Shown here piece by piece: positions 19,317 through 29,129 of a DNA stretch of 64,000 nucleotides (position 1 is its first letter; the number at the start of each line of letters is the position of its first letter). This stretch comes from an uncultured Polaribacter sp. (GTDB lineage: Bacteria > Bacteroidota > Bacteroidia > Flavobacteriales > Flavobacteriaceae). Where the stretch lies: the NCBI RefSeq assembly GCF_947500975.1, contig NZ_CANMUE010000008.1, positions 16,690-80,689 of the forward strand. The letters are read 5' to 3'. A model generated the notes under the pieces. The model was given only the letters and a program-made list of their open reading frames with translations. It was not told the DNA's origin and ran no database searches. The position numbers and the translations under genes were made by a program.

Positions 19317-20468
19317 TTAAATTCTATTTAACAAAATTTGAAAAGTAGTTCCTTTATTTATTTCAGAATTTTGCACAAATATTTTTCCTTTATGATAATC
19401 TTCAATAATTCTTTTTGATAATGACAAACCTAAACCCCAACCACGTTTTTTAGTAGTAAAACCTGGTTTAAATATTTGTTTGAATAATTTTTTGGGCATT
19501 CCTTTTCCTGTATCCTCTATTGTAATTTTTACCTTTTTTTGATCCGTTTCAATTTTTAAACTCAATTTACCTTTTCCCAGCATTGCATCAATGGCATTTT
19601 TGATAAGATTTTCAATCACCCAACCAAATAACTCATTATTTATTTGAACATTAGTTACATCATTTGAGCTAGAAAATGAAAACGAAATTTGTTTAGAGCT
19701 TCTAGATTCTAAATAATCAAACGCTTGTTTTGTTACTTCAACAACATTGTCTTTTTTTAACTCAGGTATTGAACCTATTTTAGAAAAACGATTTGCAATT
19801 GTATTTAATCGATGTACATCTTTTTCAATTTCGTAAATATAAGTTTCATCAACTTTTTCCATTTTCAAAATAGCAATCCACCCTAATAAAGAAGATAATG
19901 GTGTGCCAATTTGATGTGCAGTTTCTTTGGCCATTCCTGTCCAAAGTTTATTGGTTTCTGCAGCTTTATTAGAACTATAAAATAAATAAATCACAGCCAA
20001 AAACAATACTAATATTAATATTAATGCTAAAGGATAGTAGCTTAATTTGTTTAATAAGTAGGAGTTTCTATAGTAAACAAATTTTTTATTTCTCCCTTTA
20101 TAACTTATCTCAATTGGTTTATTCTCAGATTTCATTTTTTTCAATTGATCTGCTAAATATTTTGGATTGAGAGATTTTATAGAATCAAGGTTTTGAATAT
20201 ATTCAATAACATCATTTTCATCTACCAAAATCATTGGAATATTGCTGTTATTTTCAAGTATTTTTAAGGGTAAATCTACATTTGCATCAAGATTTAAATT
20301 GGTAGCAAGCTCTCTATGAGCAGTTGCTAAAATTTCCATTTTAATACGTTCTTCATTCTTAAATTCCTGAAAAAAGATGTAAGTATTCCATAAAATTAAA
20401 GAAACAATTACAAAAGATACAGTAATTGTAATTCGCTTAAAAAGAAGAGTATTAGAAGTTAAATTCAT
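19317..20468 (-). CDS. Sensor histidine kinase (two TM helices, no adjacent response regulator)
   Basis: H-box AHQIGTPLSSL, N-box ENLIKNAIDA, DTGKG, FTTK..GWGLGL. Confidence 0.93.
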   Translation of the reverse strand: MNLTSNTLLFKRITITVSFVIVSLILWNTYIFFQEFKNEERIKMEILATAHRELATNLNLDANVDLPLKILENNSNIPMILVDENDVIEYIQNLDSIKSLNPKYLADQLKKMKSENKPIEISYKGRNKKFVYYRNSYLLNKLSYYPLALILILVLFLAVIYLFYSSNKAAETNKLWTGMAKETAHQIGTPLSSLLGWIAILKMEKVDETYIYEIEKDVHRLNTIANRFSKIGSIPELKKDNVVEVTKQAFDYLESRSSKQISFSFSSSNDVTNVQINNELFGWVIENLIKNAIDAMLGKGKLSLKIETDQKKVKITIEDTGKGMPKKLFKQIFKPGFTTKKRGWGLGLSLSKRIIEDYHKGKIFVQNSEINKGTTFQILLNRI

Positions 20469-20545
20469 TAAAACAAATATAATGGTTTATTGAAGATAAC
20501 TCATTTAAAGATTAGATAGTATCTTTACACAACAAAACTTTAAGT

Positions 20546-21406
20546 ATGATTTCTATCAATCCAAAAGAAATATCAACAGGTAAATTACATAGTTACCTAT
20601 TAGGTGCAATTGCGCCTAGACCAATTGCGTTTGCTAGTACTATTGATAAAAAAGGAAACTCAAATTTATCACCTTTTAGTTTTTTTAACGTGTTTGGTTC
20701 AAATCCACCTACTCTAATATTTTCTCCTGCAAGAAGAGTAAGAGATAATACTATTAAAGATACTTTAGAAAACGTAATTTCTACCAAAGAAGTGGTAATT
20801 AATGTGGTAAATTATGATATTGTTCAACAAATGTCATTGAGTTCTACTGAATACCCTAAAGGGATAAATGAATTTGAAAAAGCTGGTTTTACCATGTTAA
20901 AATCTGATGAAATAAAACCCTTTAGAGTTGCAGAATCTCCTGTTCAGTTTGAATGTAAAGTACAAGATATAATTTATACAGGTAATGAAGGAGGTGCAGG
21001 AAATTTAATAGTTTGCGAAGTAGTAAAAATTCATGTTTCTGAAGCTGTTTTAGCTGAAGATGGAAGCATTGACCAACATAAAATAGATTTGGTTGCTAGA
21101 GCTGGCGGTAGTTATTATACAAGAGCAAGAGATGGCTTTTTTGAAATTCCAAAACCTATATCTACACTAGGTATTGGTGTTGATGCAATTCCAAAACACA
21201 TTAGAAATAGTAAAATTTTAACAGGTAATAATTTAGGCATGTTAGGCAATGTAGAGCAGCTTCCATCAGAAGTAACTGTTGATAACTTTGCAAAAGAACA
21301 TCCACAATTTATTGGGTTAGAAACTGTAAAAAAACATACATTTGCTCAAGATTTTTTAAATAAAAATGATGTAGAAAGTGCTTGGTTAGTACTTTTATTA
21401 AAATAG
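20546..21406 (+). CDS. Flavin reductase family protein (DIM6/NTAB)
   Basis: PRPIAFAST, NLSPFSFFN, RVAESPVQFEC. Confidence 0.9.
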   Translation: MISINPKEISTGKLHSYLLGAIAPRPIAFASTIDKKGNSNLSPFSFFNVFGSNPPTLIFSPARRVRDNTIKDTLENVISTKEVVINVVNYDIVQQMSLSSTEYPKGINEFEKAGFTMLKSDEIKPFRVAESPVQFECKVQDIIYTGNEGGAGNLIVCEVVKIHVSEAVLAEDGSIDQHKIDLVARAGGSYYTRARDGFFEIPKPISTLGIGVDAIPKHIRNSKILTGNNLGMLGNVEQLPSEVTVDNFAKEHPQFIGLETVKKHTFAQDFLNKNDVESAWLVLLLK

Positions 21407-21411
21407 TAATT

Positions 21412-21780
21412 ATGGAAGTTATAGGTAAAGTAAAGTTAATTGGAGAAGTTCAAACTTTTGGATCTAATGGGTTTAGAAAAAGAGAATTAGTAGTAACAAC
21501 TGATGAGCAATATCCACAAATGATTATGATTGAGTTTGTACAAGATAAATGTGATTTATTAAACAATTATGCTGTTGGACAAGATGTAAAAGTTTCTATC
21601 AATTTAAGAGGTAGAGAATGGATTAATCCACAAGGAGAAGCTAAATATTTTAATTCTGTACAAGGATGGAGAATAGAAAATTTAGGTTCTGCTGCTCAGG
21701 CTCAAAATTTACCACCAGTTGATCAGTTTCAGCCGGCTAGCAATGTTTCTAATGATGAACCAGATGATTTACCATTTTAA
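21412..21780 (+). CDS. DUF3127 protein (OB-fold, SSB-like acidic tail)
   Basis: Start MEVIGKV at ATG 21412; FRKRELVV, YPQ.I..EF.QDK, GREW, YFNSVQGW; ends DDLPF. Confidence 0.85.
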   Translation: MEVIGKVKLIGEVQTFGSNGFRKRELVVTTDEQYPQMIMIEFVQDKCDLLNNYAVGQDVKVSINLRGREWINPQGEAKYFNSVQGWRIENLGSAAQAQNLPPVDQFQPASNVSNDEPDDLPF

Positions 21781-21823
21781 GTAAACGCTTCTAGATTTAT
21801 ACTAGAAGGCATAACTTTTAAAC

Positions 21824-21867
21824 AATAAAAAGAGAGAATTCGTAATTACGAATTCTCTCTTTTTATT
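21824..21867. terminator. Bidirectional terminator (perfect 44-bp palindrome)
   Basis: AATAAAAAGAGAGAATTCGTAATTACGAATTCTCTCTTTTTATT between convergent genes. Confidence 0.85.
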
Positions 21868-21906
21868 TTTACATGTTTTATCGTCTTTATAAAATTAACG
21901 GCAAAC

Positions 21907-22152
21907 TTATTTTTTATCTCCTTTTTTAGGCATTGGCCCACGTAAATGAATTACTAAGCCATTTAAAAAGTTTCTTAAAATCTGATCTCCACACTCTACA
22001 TATTTAGGATGATCTTCATTTCTAAAAAAAGCACCTAACTCCCCTCTTGAAACTTTAAAATCAACTAAAGCACAAATTTCAATAATGTCTGTATCTCTAA
22101 ATTTATGAGCTACTCTTAATTTTTTAAAAATATCGTTGTTTGATAATCCCAT
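21907..22152 (-). CDS. DUF1456 (YehS-like) protein
   Basis: NNDIFKKLRVA, FFR.E.HP.YVECGDQ.LRNFLNGL. Confidence 0.88.
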   Translation of the reverse strand: MGLSNNDIFKKLRVAHKFRDTDIIEICALVDFKVSRGELGAFFRNEDHPKYVECGDQILRNFLNGLVIHLRGPMPKKGDKK

Positions 22153-22173
22153 ATAACCAATCTAAATGTTTTT

Positions 22174-22797
22174 TTAATTAACTACTTGAAAAATTGCCCA
22201 TGCATAAGCAGCAAATCTCACAAATCTAAATAAACCTAATAATGCTACATTTTTAAAAGAATATTTTATCATTCCAGCAGCAAGGCAAGCAATAGAAAAA
22301 GGCAATGGTAAAACTGCTCCTACTAATATTAAAATCCCTCCCCATTTTCTTGCATTACTTAATCTTTCTGCCATTTTTACTTCTAAATATTCTTTAACAG
22401 GCCCTATTTTTGAAGCCGTTTTCCCTAAAAAATAAGAAATTAAACCGCCAAAATAAGAAAGTGTAGCTAATAAAAATAAATTAAAAATTGGTTCCTCAGT
22501 TTTTTTAGACCAAGCAATAAAAATTTCTGGAGGTATTAAACCAAGTAAAGTTTCAGAAATAAAGAAAGTTATTAAAATTGTAAGTCTAGAAAAAGTTTCT
22601 GTAAAATGATGTAACCCATCATTAATATTATATACATATTTATTAAATAAAAAAATAGCTAAAATAACGCCTACAATTGGTAAAAAAGCACTTTTTAAAT
22701 TTTTCCACACAAACGAATAAAGCCCTGTACGTAAATAATATTTATGTGCAAACTTTACTTTTTCTGTTTTTGTTTTCTCTTTCTTCTTACGTCCCAA
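22174..22797 (-). CDS. YqaA/DedA (VTT) family membrane protein
   Basis: SETLLGLIPPEIFIAW, LPLPFSIAC..AG, F..R..RF; multiple TM helices. Confidence 0.8.
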   Translation of the reverse strand: MGRKKKEKTKTEKVKFAHKYYLRTGLYSFVWKNLKSAFLPIVGVILAIFLFNKYVYNINDGLHHFTETFSRLTILITFFISETLLGLIPPEIFIAWSKKTEEPIFNLFLLATLSYFGGLISYFLGKTASKIGPVKEYLEVKMAERLSNARKWGGILILVGAVLPLPFSIACLAAGMIKYSFKNVALLGLFRFVRFAAYAWAIFQVVN

Positions 22798-22961
22798 AAT
22801 TATTTTTTTAATGTATTTAAAGGATATGCAAAAATAACGCCATTTTTTTTAAAAAATGAAGTTGTTTTTGAGTATTAACACTTTTTTTAATCATAGTTTA
22901 TGTTGATGGTTTTCTAATCATATTACATTCATTATGAAACTTTTGAGTGTTTCAATTCTAT

Positions 22962-22992
22962 TTTGTTCATTTAATTAAATAACTTATATTTG
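22962..22992 (+). promoter_or_regulatory. Housekeeping promoter of the PL6 gene
   Basis: TTTG (22962-22965)-N19-TATATTTG (22985-22992), the Bacteroidota -33/-7 consensus. Confidence 0.7.
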
Positions 22993-23014
22993 GTTTACCA
23001 ATTTGGTAAACCAA
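22990..23014. promoter_or_regulatory. Tandem GntR/FadR-type operator pair
   Basis: TTGGTTTACCAA-T-TTGGTAAACCAA: a 25-bp inverted repeat whose halves are each TTGGT-nn-ACCAA, overlapping the -7 element. Confidence 0.7.
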
Positions 23015-23043
23015 TTTTATTTTAACAATTAATAAATTTCAGA

Positions 23044-25698
23044 ATGAAAAAAAACTACTTTTCTATCTTACTTTGTATAATGTTTTTACCAAGCCATTTT
23101 TTTGGTCAAACAACATATTATATTGATGACCCCGAATCTTTAAAAGAAGTTATTTATAAAGCAGGAGATGTAATTATTTTAAAAAATGGTGTTTATGACA
23201 CAGATGAAAGAATGATATTTCTTGGGTCTGGAACAGCAGAAAATCCTGTTACTTTTAGAGCGGAAACACCTGGTGGGGTAATTTTTACCGGTGGACCAAG
23301 ATTAACAATTGGAGGCGAATCTGATGGTAATGATTTAGCAACTGGTGAATATTTAGTTGTTGATGGTTTTCACTGGAAAGGTGGTTATGGAGCTAGTAAT
23401 TTTATAGAATTTAGAAATGGAGACGATTATGCACACCATAGTACAATTCAAAATTGTGTTATAGATGGTTTAGGTGTTGAACAAAGTGAACTAGATGAAG
23501 ATTTAGCCGATGAACAAATTACAAAACATAGATGGATAGTACTATATGGTACCTATAATACAGTAATTAACTGTGCATTTATGAATAAAGTTACAGCAGG
23601 TGCAATAGTTTTAGGAGAATATTCTTATAACGCATTTCCAAATGTACCAGATGGAACACCAGAAGTTAACAATAGCTGTGAAATTGTTGGACATACTATT
23701 ATGAATAATTATTTTTATAATTTTGAAAAACTAACAGAAAAATACGGTAGAAAAGCAAATGGTGATGAATTATCAAATGCTGGTGATAGTGAAACAATAC
23801 GAATAGGTACAAGCTCTTATCAAATGGTAAATAGCAACGTAGTAGTTTCTAATAATTATTTTGTTCAATCTGATGGCGAAAATGAAATTATCACAAATAA
23901 AAGTAAAGGAAACACTTATACAAATAACACATTTAGAAGATGTAGAGGTTCTTTAGTTTTAAGACATGGATCTAAAGCCAAAATAGAAGGAAATTATTTT
24001 TTAGGTGAAGATGTAGATGGTACAGGAGGAATTAGAATTTCTGATAGCGATCACGTTATTACAAATAACTATATTCAAGATTGTATTACAGTTGATAATT
24101 TTGCTAAATGGAACAACGGAATTACCTTTATTGGTGGAAGTGCTAATGCAGATGTAGATTGTACTACTGATGATGTTTCAAATGGATATCAAAAAACAGA
24201 AGATATTACCGTTTCTAACAACACAATTATAAATACAAATGCCCCTTTATTTTATAACGTTAACACAGATAATAATAGTGACGTAAAGGGTAATATAGAA
24301 AATAACTTAATCTATTTTGAAGCTAATGACCCAAACTTATCACCCGTAATTTCTGGTGATGAAACAACATCTTATGCTAGTATCGGAGCATCATTAACCT
24401 ATTCTGGTAACGTTTTTAGTGGTACTACTTTAGGAGAAACAAACACTGGTTTTTCTGAAGAAACAGGAATTACCGCTACTAAAGATGGAGAAATCTTTAC
24501 TTTTTCTGGAGAAGGTTCTACAGGTAAAGGTGCAAATATGGGATCATATACACCTATTACAGATGCTATGGTTGGTTACGGAATTGGAGCTTGCTTTTTA
24601 GATTATGAAGGAGCTAATATTACTGACGGAAACTGTACAATTAAAGTAAGTGAATCTTTAACAGTTAGTAGTTTATCAACACTAGCCCCAGAAGCTGCTA
24701 GTTATGATGTTACTGTTACTGCAAATGTAAGTTGGACAGCTGCTTCCAATGATTCTTGGTTAACTATTGACACCAACTCTGGTACAGGTAACGCAACAGT
24801 TTCAATTACTGTTACTGAAAATACGGATACAAATAGTAGATCGGGATCAATAACTTTTACACAAGATGCAGGAGGTGATGATATTGTAAGAACTTTAACG
24901 CTTTCTCAAGATGGGGCTAATTTAATAGATTTATACAACCTTATTAATACAGGAACAGGTTTATCAACAGATAAAGTTACAGTACATTCTCTATCAAAAG
25001 AAAATACATCAAAATCTGAGCTTGCAATTAATTCTTTAGATAAAAATATTGATACAGAATGGACTGCTGATGATGAAGATGTTTTATCTGGAGATTATAA
25101 AGCAGATGGTGAGTATATTATTTACGATTTAAGTAGTATTCATAGTGTAGGCTTAATTCAGTTTAGAACAACTAATAAATCAGATGCTTTTGGTTTTCAA
25201 ATATTAACATCTACTACAGGTACTGAAGATGCAGATTTTACTATGATTTTACCAACTTCTGGAGAATTATTATTAACAGCAACTAATACCACCGAATTTA
25301 ATCAGTACGAAATTAATACAGATGCGCGTTATATAAAAGTAATAGGTTATGGTAGATTTAACAGTGATGGTGATACTAGAAAAAGCGCATGGAGTGCCAT
25401 TAAAGAAATAGAGTTTTATGAAAAGAAAAATGCCCTTAGTATAAATGAAAATGAAATTTTAAATGTTTTAATTTACCCAAATCCAGCAAATAACACTTTA
25501 TTTATTAAAGATTTAGAAAACCAAATTAGCAAAGTTGAAATAATTAGTTTAGAGGGTAAAATAGTAACATCGCTCGCTCAAAATAACAATAATGAACTCA
25601 AAATAGACACTTCTCATTTAGCAAACGGCATGTATTTTATCAAACTTTCTAATGATAAAAAAGAAAGTAAAACCAAACTAATAGTTATCAATCATTAA
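23044..25698 (+). CDS. Polysaccharide lyase family 6 (chondroitinase-B/alginate lyase fold) + BACON + F5/8-type CBM + T9SS C-terminal domain
   Basis: Signal peptide; FRAETPGGV, ETIRIGTS, GENEIITNKS, LRHG, GGIRI; BACON-like WTAASNDSWLTI..SGTGNATV; discoidin-like ARYIKVIGYG...WSAIKEIEF; IYPNP...GMYFIKL. Confidence 0.85.
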   Translation: MKKNYFSILLCIMFLPSHFFGQTTYYIDDPESLKEVIYKAGDVIILKNGVYDTDERMIFLGSGTAENPVTFRAETPGGVIFTGGPRLTIGGESDGNDLATGEYLVVDGFHWKGGYGASNFIEFRNGDDYAHHSTIQNCVIDGLGVEQSELDEDLADEQITKHRWIVLYGTYNTVINCAFMNKVTAGAIVLGEYSYNAFPNVPDGTPEVNNSCEIVGHTIMNNYFYNFEKLTEKYGRKANGDELSNAGDSETIRIGTSSYQMVNSNVVVSNNYFVQSDGENEIITNKSKGNTYTNNTFRRCRGSLVLRHGSKAKIEGNYFLGEDVDGTGGIRISDSDHVITNNYIQDCITVDNFAKWNNGITFIGGSANADVDCTTDDVSNGYQKTEDITVSNNTIINTNAPLFYNVNTDNNSDVKGNIENNLIYFEANDPNLSPVISGDETTSYASIGASLTYSGNVFSGTTLGETNTGFSEETGITATKDGEIFTFSGEGSTGKGANMGSYTPITDAMVGYGIGACFLDYEGANITDGNCTIKVSESLTVSSLSTLAPEAASYDVTVTANVSWTAASNDSWLTIDTNSGTGNATVSITVTENTDTNSRSGSITFTQDAGGDDIVRTLTLSQDGANLIDLYNLINTGTGLSTDKVTVHSLSKENTSKSELAINSLDKNIDTEWTADDEDVLSGDYKADGEYIIYDLSSIHSVGLIQFRTTNKSDAFGFQILTSTTGTEDADFTMILPTSGELLLTATNTTEFNQYEINTDARYIKVIGYGRFNSDGDTRKSAWSAIKEIEFYEKKNALSINENEILNVLIYPNPANNTLFIKDLENQISKVEIISLEGKIVTSLAQNNNNELKIDTSHLANGMYFIKLSNDKKESKTKLIVINH

Positions 25699-25735
25699 AC
25701 AATTAACCAAACTCGTTAAGAATTAATTCTTACTT

Positions 25736-25767
25736 AAAACTCCAACAGTTTTTGTTGGAGTTTTTTT
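25736..25767 (+). terminator. Intrinsic terminator after the PL6 gene
   Basis: AAAACTCCAACA-gtttt-TGTTGGAGTTTT followed by T's. Confidence 0.85.
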
Positions 25768-25784
25768 GTGCTTATTTTTACAAA

Positions 25785-26411
25785 ATGATTTGGCTAACAG
25801 ATAAAATAGAATTTCCACCTTATAATTTTACTACTAAAGAGGGTATTATTGCTTTAGGTGGAGATTTATCTACAGAAAGATTAATTTATGCCTACAAAAA
25901 CGGAATTTTCCCTTGGTTTTCTGAAGATGATCCAATTGTTTGGTATTGCCCACATGAACGAATGGTTTTATTTCCTGATGATTTAAAAATTTCAAAATCA
26001 ATGCAAAAAATCATCAAAAAAAATGAATTTACAATTACTGAAAACACAACTTTTGAAGAGGTTATTTATAATTGTAAAAGTATTGATAGAAATGACGGTT
26101 TAGGCACTTGGATTACTGATGATATGCAACAAGCATATATCAATCTTCATAAAAAAGGAATTGCAAAATCAATAGAAATTTGGCAAAACAAAAAATTAGT
26201 TGGTGGATTGTATGGTTTAGAAATCAATAATATTTTTTGTGGCGAAAGTATGTTTAGTAAAATATCAAATGCATCTAAATTAGCCTTTATTTATTTAGTA
26301 AAAAACAAAAATTATAAATTAATCGATTGCCAAGTTTATAATGATCATTTAGCAAGTTTAGGCGCAAAAGAAATTGATAGAAATTTGTTTTTGAATATTT
26401 TGAAAAAGTAG
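25785..26411 (+). CDS. aat: Leucyl/phenylalanyl-tRNA--protein transferase
   Basis: Start at ATG 25785; GGDLS..RL..AY.NGIFPWF, TWIT, SIEIW..KKLVGGLYG, FCGESMFS, DCQV...HL.SLGA. Confidence 0.95.
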   Translation: MIWLTDKIEFPPYNFTTKEGIIALGGDLSTERLIYAYKNGIFPWFSEDDPIVWYCPHERMVLFPDDLKISKSMQKIIKKNEFTITENTTFEEVIYNCKSIDRNDGLGTWITDDMQQAYINLHKKGIAKSIEIWQNKKLVGGLYGLEINNIFCGESMFSKISNASKLAFIYLVKNKNYKLIDCQVYNDHLASLGAKEIDRNLFLNILKK

Positions 26412-26565
26412 TTTTTTAATCTTTTTTTTGACCGTCAACTATCTATTCAGTATTTCTTTTTTTTATCAATTTTAAAATCCATAAAGAAACTTAAAAGTAA
26501 GCTATCAATAGTTTTTTTACAAAAATATTAAAGAGGTGTTGAATATTTTTTTAACCCTTTTTTTA

Positions 26566-26602
26566 TTTTCCCTAATTCATTTCATTTTTTCCCCAATTCA
26601 TT
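26566..26602 (+). promoter_or_regulatory. Direct repeat with 21-bp period, putative LytTR binding site
   Basis: TTTTCCCTAATTCATT (26566) and TTTTCCCCAATTCATT (26587), 15/16 identical; -7 element TACTTTTG at 26635-26642. Confidence 0.65.
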
Positions 26603-26672
26603 CTGCAGCTATTTTAAAAACTAAACGATCAAGATACTTTTGGGGTGTTATTAATTTTTAATTACTATTATT

Positions 26673-29039
26673 ATGAAAATCACAACAACACTTTTAATCG
26701 CTTTTATATGTTCAATTAGTTTTGGACAAACGTTTACTGGAAAAGTAATCGATAAACAAAATCAATTTATCTCATTTGCAAACATTGTAGCAAAAAACAA
26801 AACCGACAATTCAATAATTACGGGTGTAATTTCTGATGAAAATGGTGAATTCACTATCAAAACAAAAAATAACGATGTGTTTTTGGAAATTAGTTTTGTT
26901 GGATTTATAACTAAAAAAATCTACCCAACTAAATCTAATGTTGGAACAATTATTTTAGAAGAAGAAGGTCAACAATTAAATGAAGTTGTTATTACTGCTC
27001 GTAAAAAACTTATTCAACAAAAAGTAGATAGATTGGTTTTTAATGTAGAAAATACGGTTGCAGGAACTGGTGGAACAGCACTAGATGCATTAAAAGCTAC
27101 GCCAAGTGTTACTATTGATACTGATAAATTAGCTATTGTTGGAAAAGGCGCTGTACGTGTAATGGTAAACGATAGAATTATACAATTATCTGGAAATGAA
27201 TTAAACGCTTATTTGAGCACCATTGCTTCTGATGATATTAAAAATGTTGAAGTTATTACATCTCCTCCATCTAAATATGATGCCGAAGGTAATAGTGGAC
27301 TAATAAATATTGTACTAAAAAAGTCAAAAGAAAATAGCTGGAACAATCAAGTGAGAACTTCTTACACACAAGCTACATATCCATTATTTAATTTTGGAAA
27401 TACTTTTACTTATAATAAAGATAAGGTAAGTGTAGTTGCATCCCTAAATGGAACTAAGGGAAATACCGCTCAATTCAATCAATTTGATATTATTTATCCA
27501 TCTGCATCAACGGTAACAAATTTAGATATGAAAAATAGAGAGCAAATGATTTCTGGTAGATTAGGATTAGATTATAATTTAACAGATAATGCTACTGTTG
27601 GTATTTTATATTCAGGTTCATTTGAAGATAAAGGCGTTTTTGATGATGGAAAAACATTAATAAATGATGGTAATGGAACGTTTACCCTTAATGAAGGTAA
27701 TGCAGACATTACAAACAAAAATCACTCTATAAATGCACATTACATTCAAAAATTAGATACGCTTGGTAAAAAACTTTCTATTGATGTTGACTATTTTAAT
27801 TTCGACAATTCTAATACTAGAAATTTTAGTAGCGAACAATTTATTACAAGTCCTAGTTTTTTTGAAGCAGAAAATAGCACTAATCAAAATATTAAAAATT
27901 ACAGTGGAAAAATAGATATGATACACCCGACTAAATGGGCTAATTTTTCATACGGACTAAAAACAACAATTACAAAAACGGAAAGTGATGTTGTTTTTTA
28001 CAATACCTCTACAGGCACATCAATATTAGACCCAACACAAAGTAATGAGTTTATGTATTCTGAAAATATTAATGCTTTATACGCAGATATGTCTAAACCA
28101 TTGGGTAAAAAATGGCAAACAAAAATTGGACTTCGTTTTGAAAATACACAAACAAAAGGAGTTTCAAAAACAAACAACCAAACAGATACTAATTCTTATA
28201 ATAAATTATTTCCATCTCTATTTTTAGGATACAATCCTAGTAATATAAATATGTTTAATATAAGTTATAGTAGAAGAATTCAACGTCCTAGTTTTGAACG
28301 TTTAAATCCGTTTCGTTTTTACATAAATTCAATTTCTTATCAAGAAGGAAACCCTTTTTTACAACCTCAAATTTCAGACAACTTAGAATTTAAGCATATT
28401 TATAAAGGTAAATTAATAAGTAAGGCATTTGTAAGCTATATAGATGATGGGTATTTTAACATTATTAGTGCAGAAGATGATGAACAACAAAGAATAGTAG
28501 TAACGTATGATAATTTTTATACTGCTTACAATTATGGATTAACTGAAACTTTATTATACAACCCAACAAAATGGTGGAATACAACTACTCAAGCAACATT
28601 ATCAAGAATGGATACACATTACAAAAATGGTTTTGATTTAGATGCCGAGTTAGTAAGTGGATGGAATTTTCAATTATACAATAGAAATACTTTTCATTTA
28701 AATGAAGAAAAAACAATACAAGCAGAAGCAACATTTATTTATGCTTCTCCACAAAAATTAATGTATTTTTCCACCTCAGAAATGGTTAATTTAGATGTAG
28801 GTTTAAAGTTTTCATTATTAAATAAAAAACTAAATTGCACTTTAGCTTTTAATGATATTTTTAAGAGAAAAGCTATGGATGTTAACACTAAAACAAACGG
28901 AATAGATCAAACTTATTATAATTATTTTGATACCCAAAATTTTAAAATCAGTTTAAATTATAGCTTTGGAAATAAAAAAATAAAAGTTAAACAACATAAT
29001 TCTGGAAACGAAGAAGAACGAAATAGGGCAAAGAAATAA
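26673..29039 (+). CDS. TonB-dependent-receptor-like outer-membrane beta-barrel protein
   Basis: Signal peptide, carboxypeptidase-regulatory-like N domain, plug motif GGTALDALK.TPSV and SKYDAEG.SG.INIVLKK, barrel strands, YSRRIQRP. Confidence 0.88.
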   Translation: MKITTTLLIAFICSISFGQTFTGKVIDKQNQFISFANIVAKNKTDNSIITGVISDENGEFTIKTKNNDVFLEISFVGFITKKIYPTKSNVGTIILEEEGQQLNEVVITARKKLIQQKVDRLVFNVENTVAGTGGTALDALKATPSVTIDTDKLAIVGKGAVRVMVNDRIIQLSGNELNAYLSTIASDDIKNVEVITSPPSKYDAEGNSGLINIVLKKSKENSWNNQVRTSYTQATYPLFNFGNTFTYNKDKVSVVASLNGTKGNTAQFNQFDIIYPSASTVTNLDMKNREQMISGRLGLDYNLTDNATVGILYSGSFEDKGVFDDGKTLINDGNGTFTLNEGNADITNKNHSINAHYIQKLDTLGKKLSIDVDYFNFDNSNTRNFSSEQFITSPSFFEAENSTNQNIKNYSGKIDMIHPTKWANFSYGLKTTITKTESDVVFYNTSTGTSILDPTQSNEFMYSENINALYADMSKPLGKKWQTKIGLRFENTQTKGVSKTNNQTDTNSYNKLFPSLFLGYNPSNINMFNISYSRRIQRPSFERLNPFRFYINSISYQEGNPFLQPQISDNLEFKHIYKGKLISKAFVSYIDDGYFNIISAEDDEQQRIVVTYDNFYTAYNYGLTETLLYNPTKWWNTTTQATLSRMDTHYKNGFDLDAELVSGWNFQLYNRNTFHLNEEKTIQAEATFIYASPQKLMYFSTSEMVNLDVGLKFSLLNKKLNCTLAFNDIFKRKAMDVNTKTNGIDQTYYNYFDTQNFKISLNYSFGNKKIKVKQHNSGNEEERNRAKK

Positions 29040-29049
29040 TCAATAGAAA

Positions 29050-29084
29050 AAAGCTGTTTATAATTAAATATTATAAACAGCTTT
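29050..29084 (+). terminator. Hairpin, probable terminator, between the receptor and kinase genes
   Basis: AAAGCTGTTTATAAT-taaat-ATTATAAACAGCTTT. Confidence 0.7.
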
Positions 29085-29129
29085 GTTTAAACTAAACATG
29101 TATTTTGTACCTCTAAAAAATATAAGCAA

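Noticed and set aside
19317-20468. Histidine kinase without an adjacent response regulator
   Set aside because: Orphan kinases are common in Bacteroidota; nothing else unusual in the sequence.
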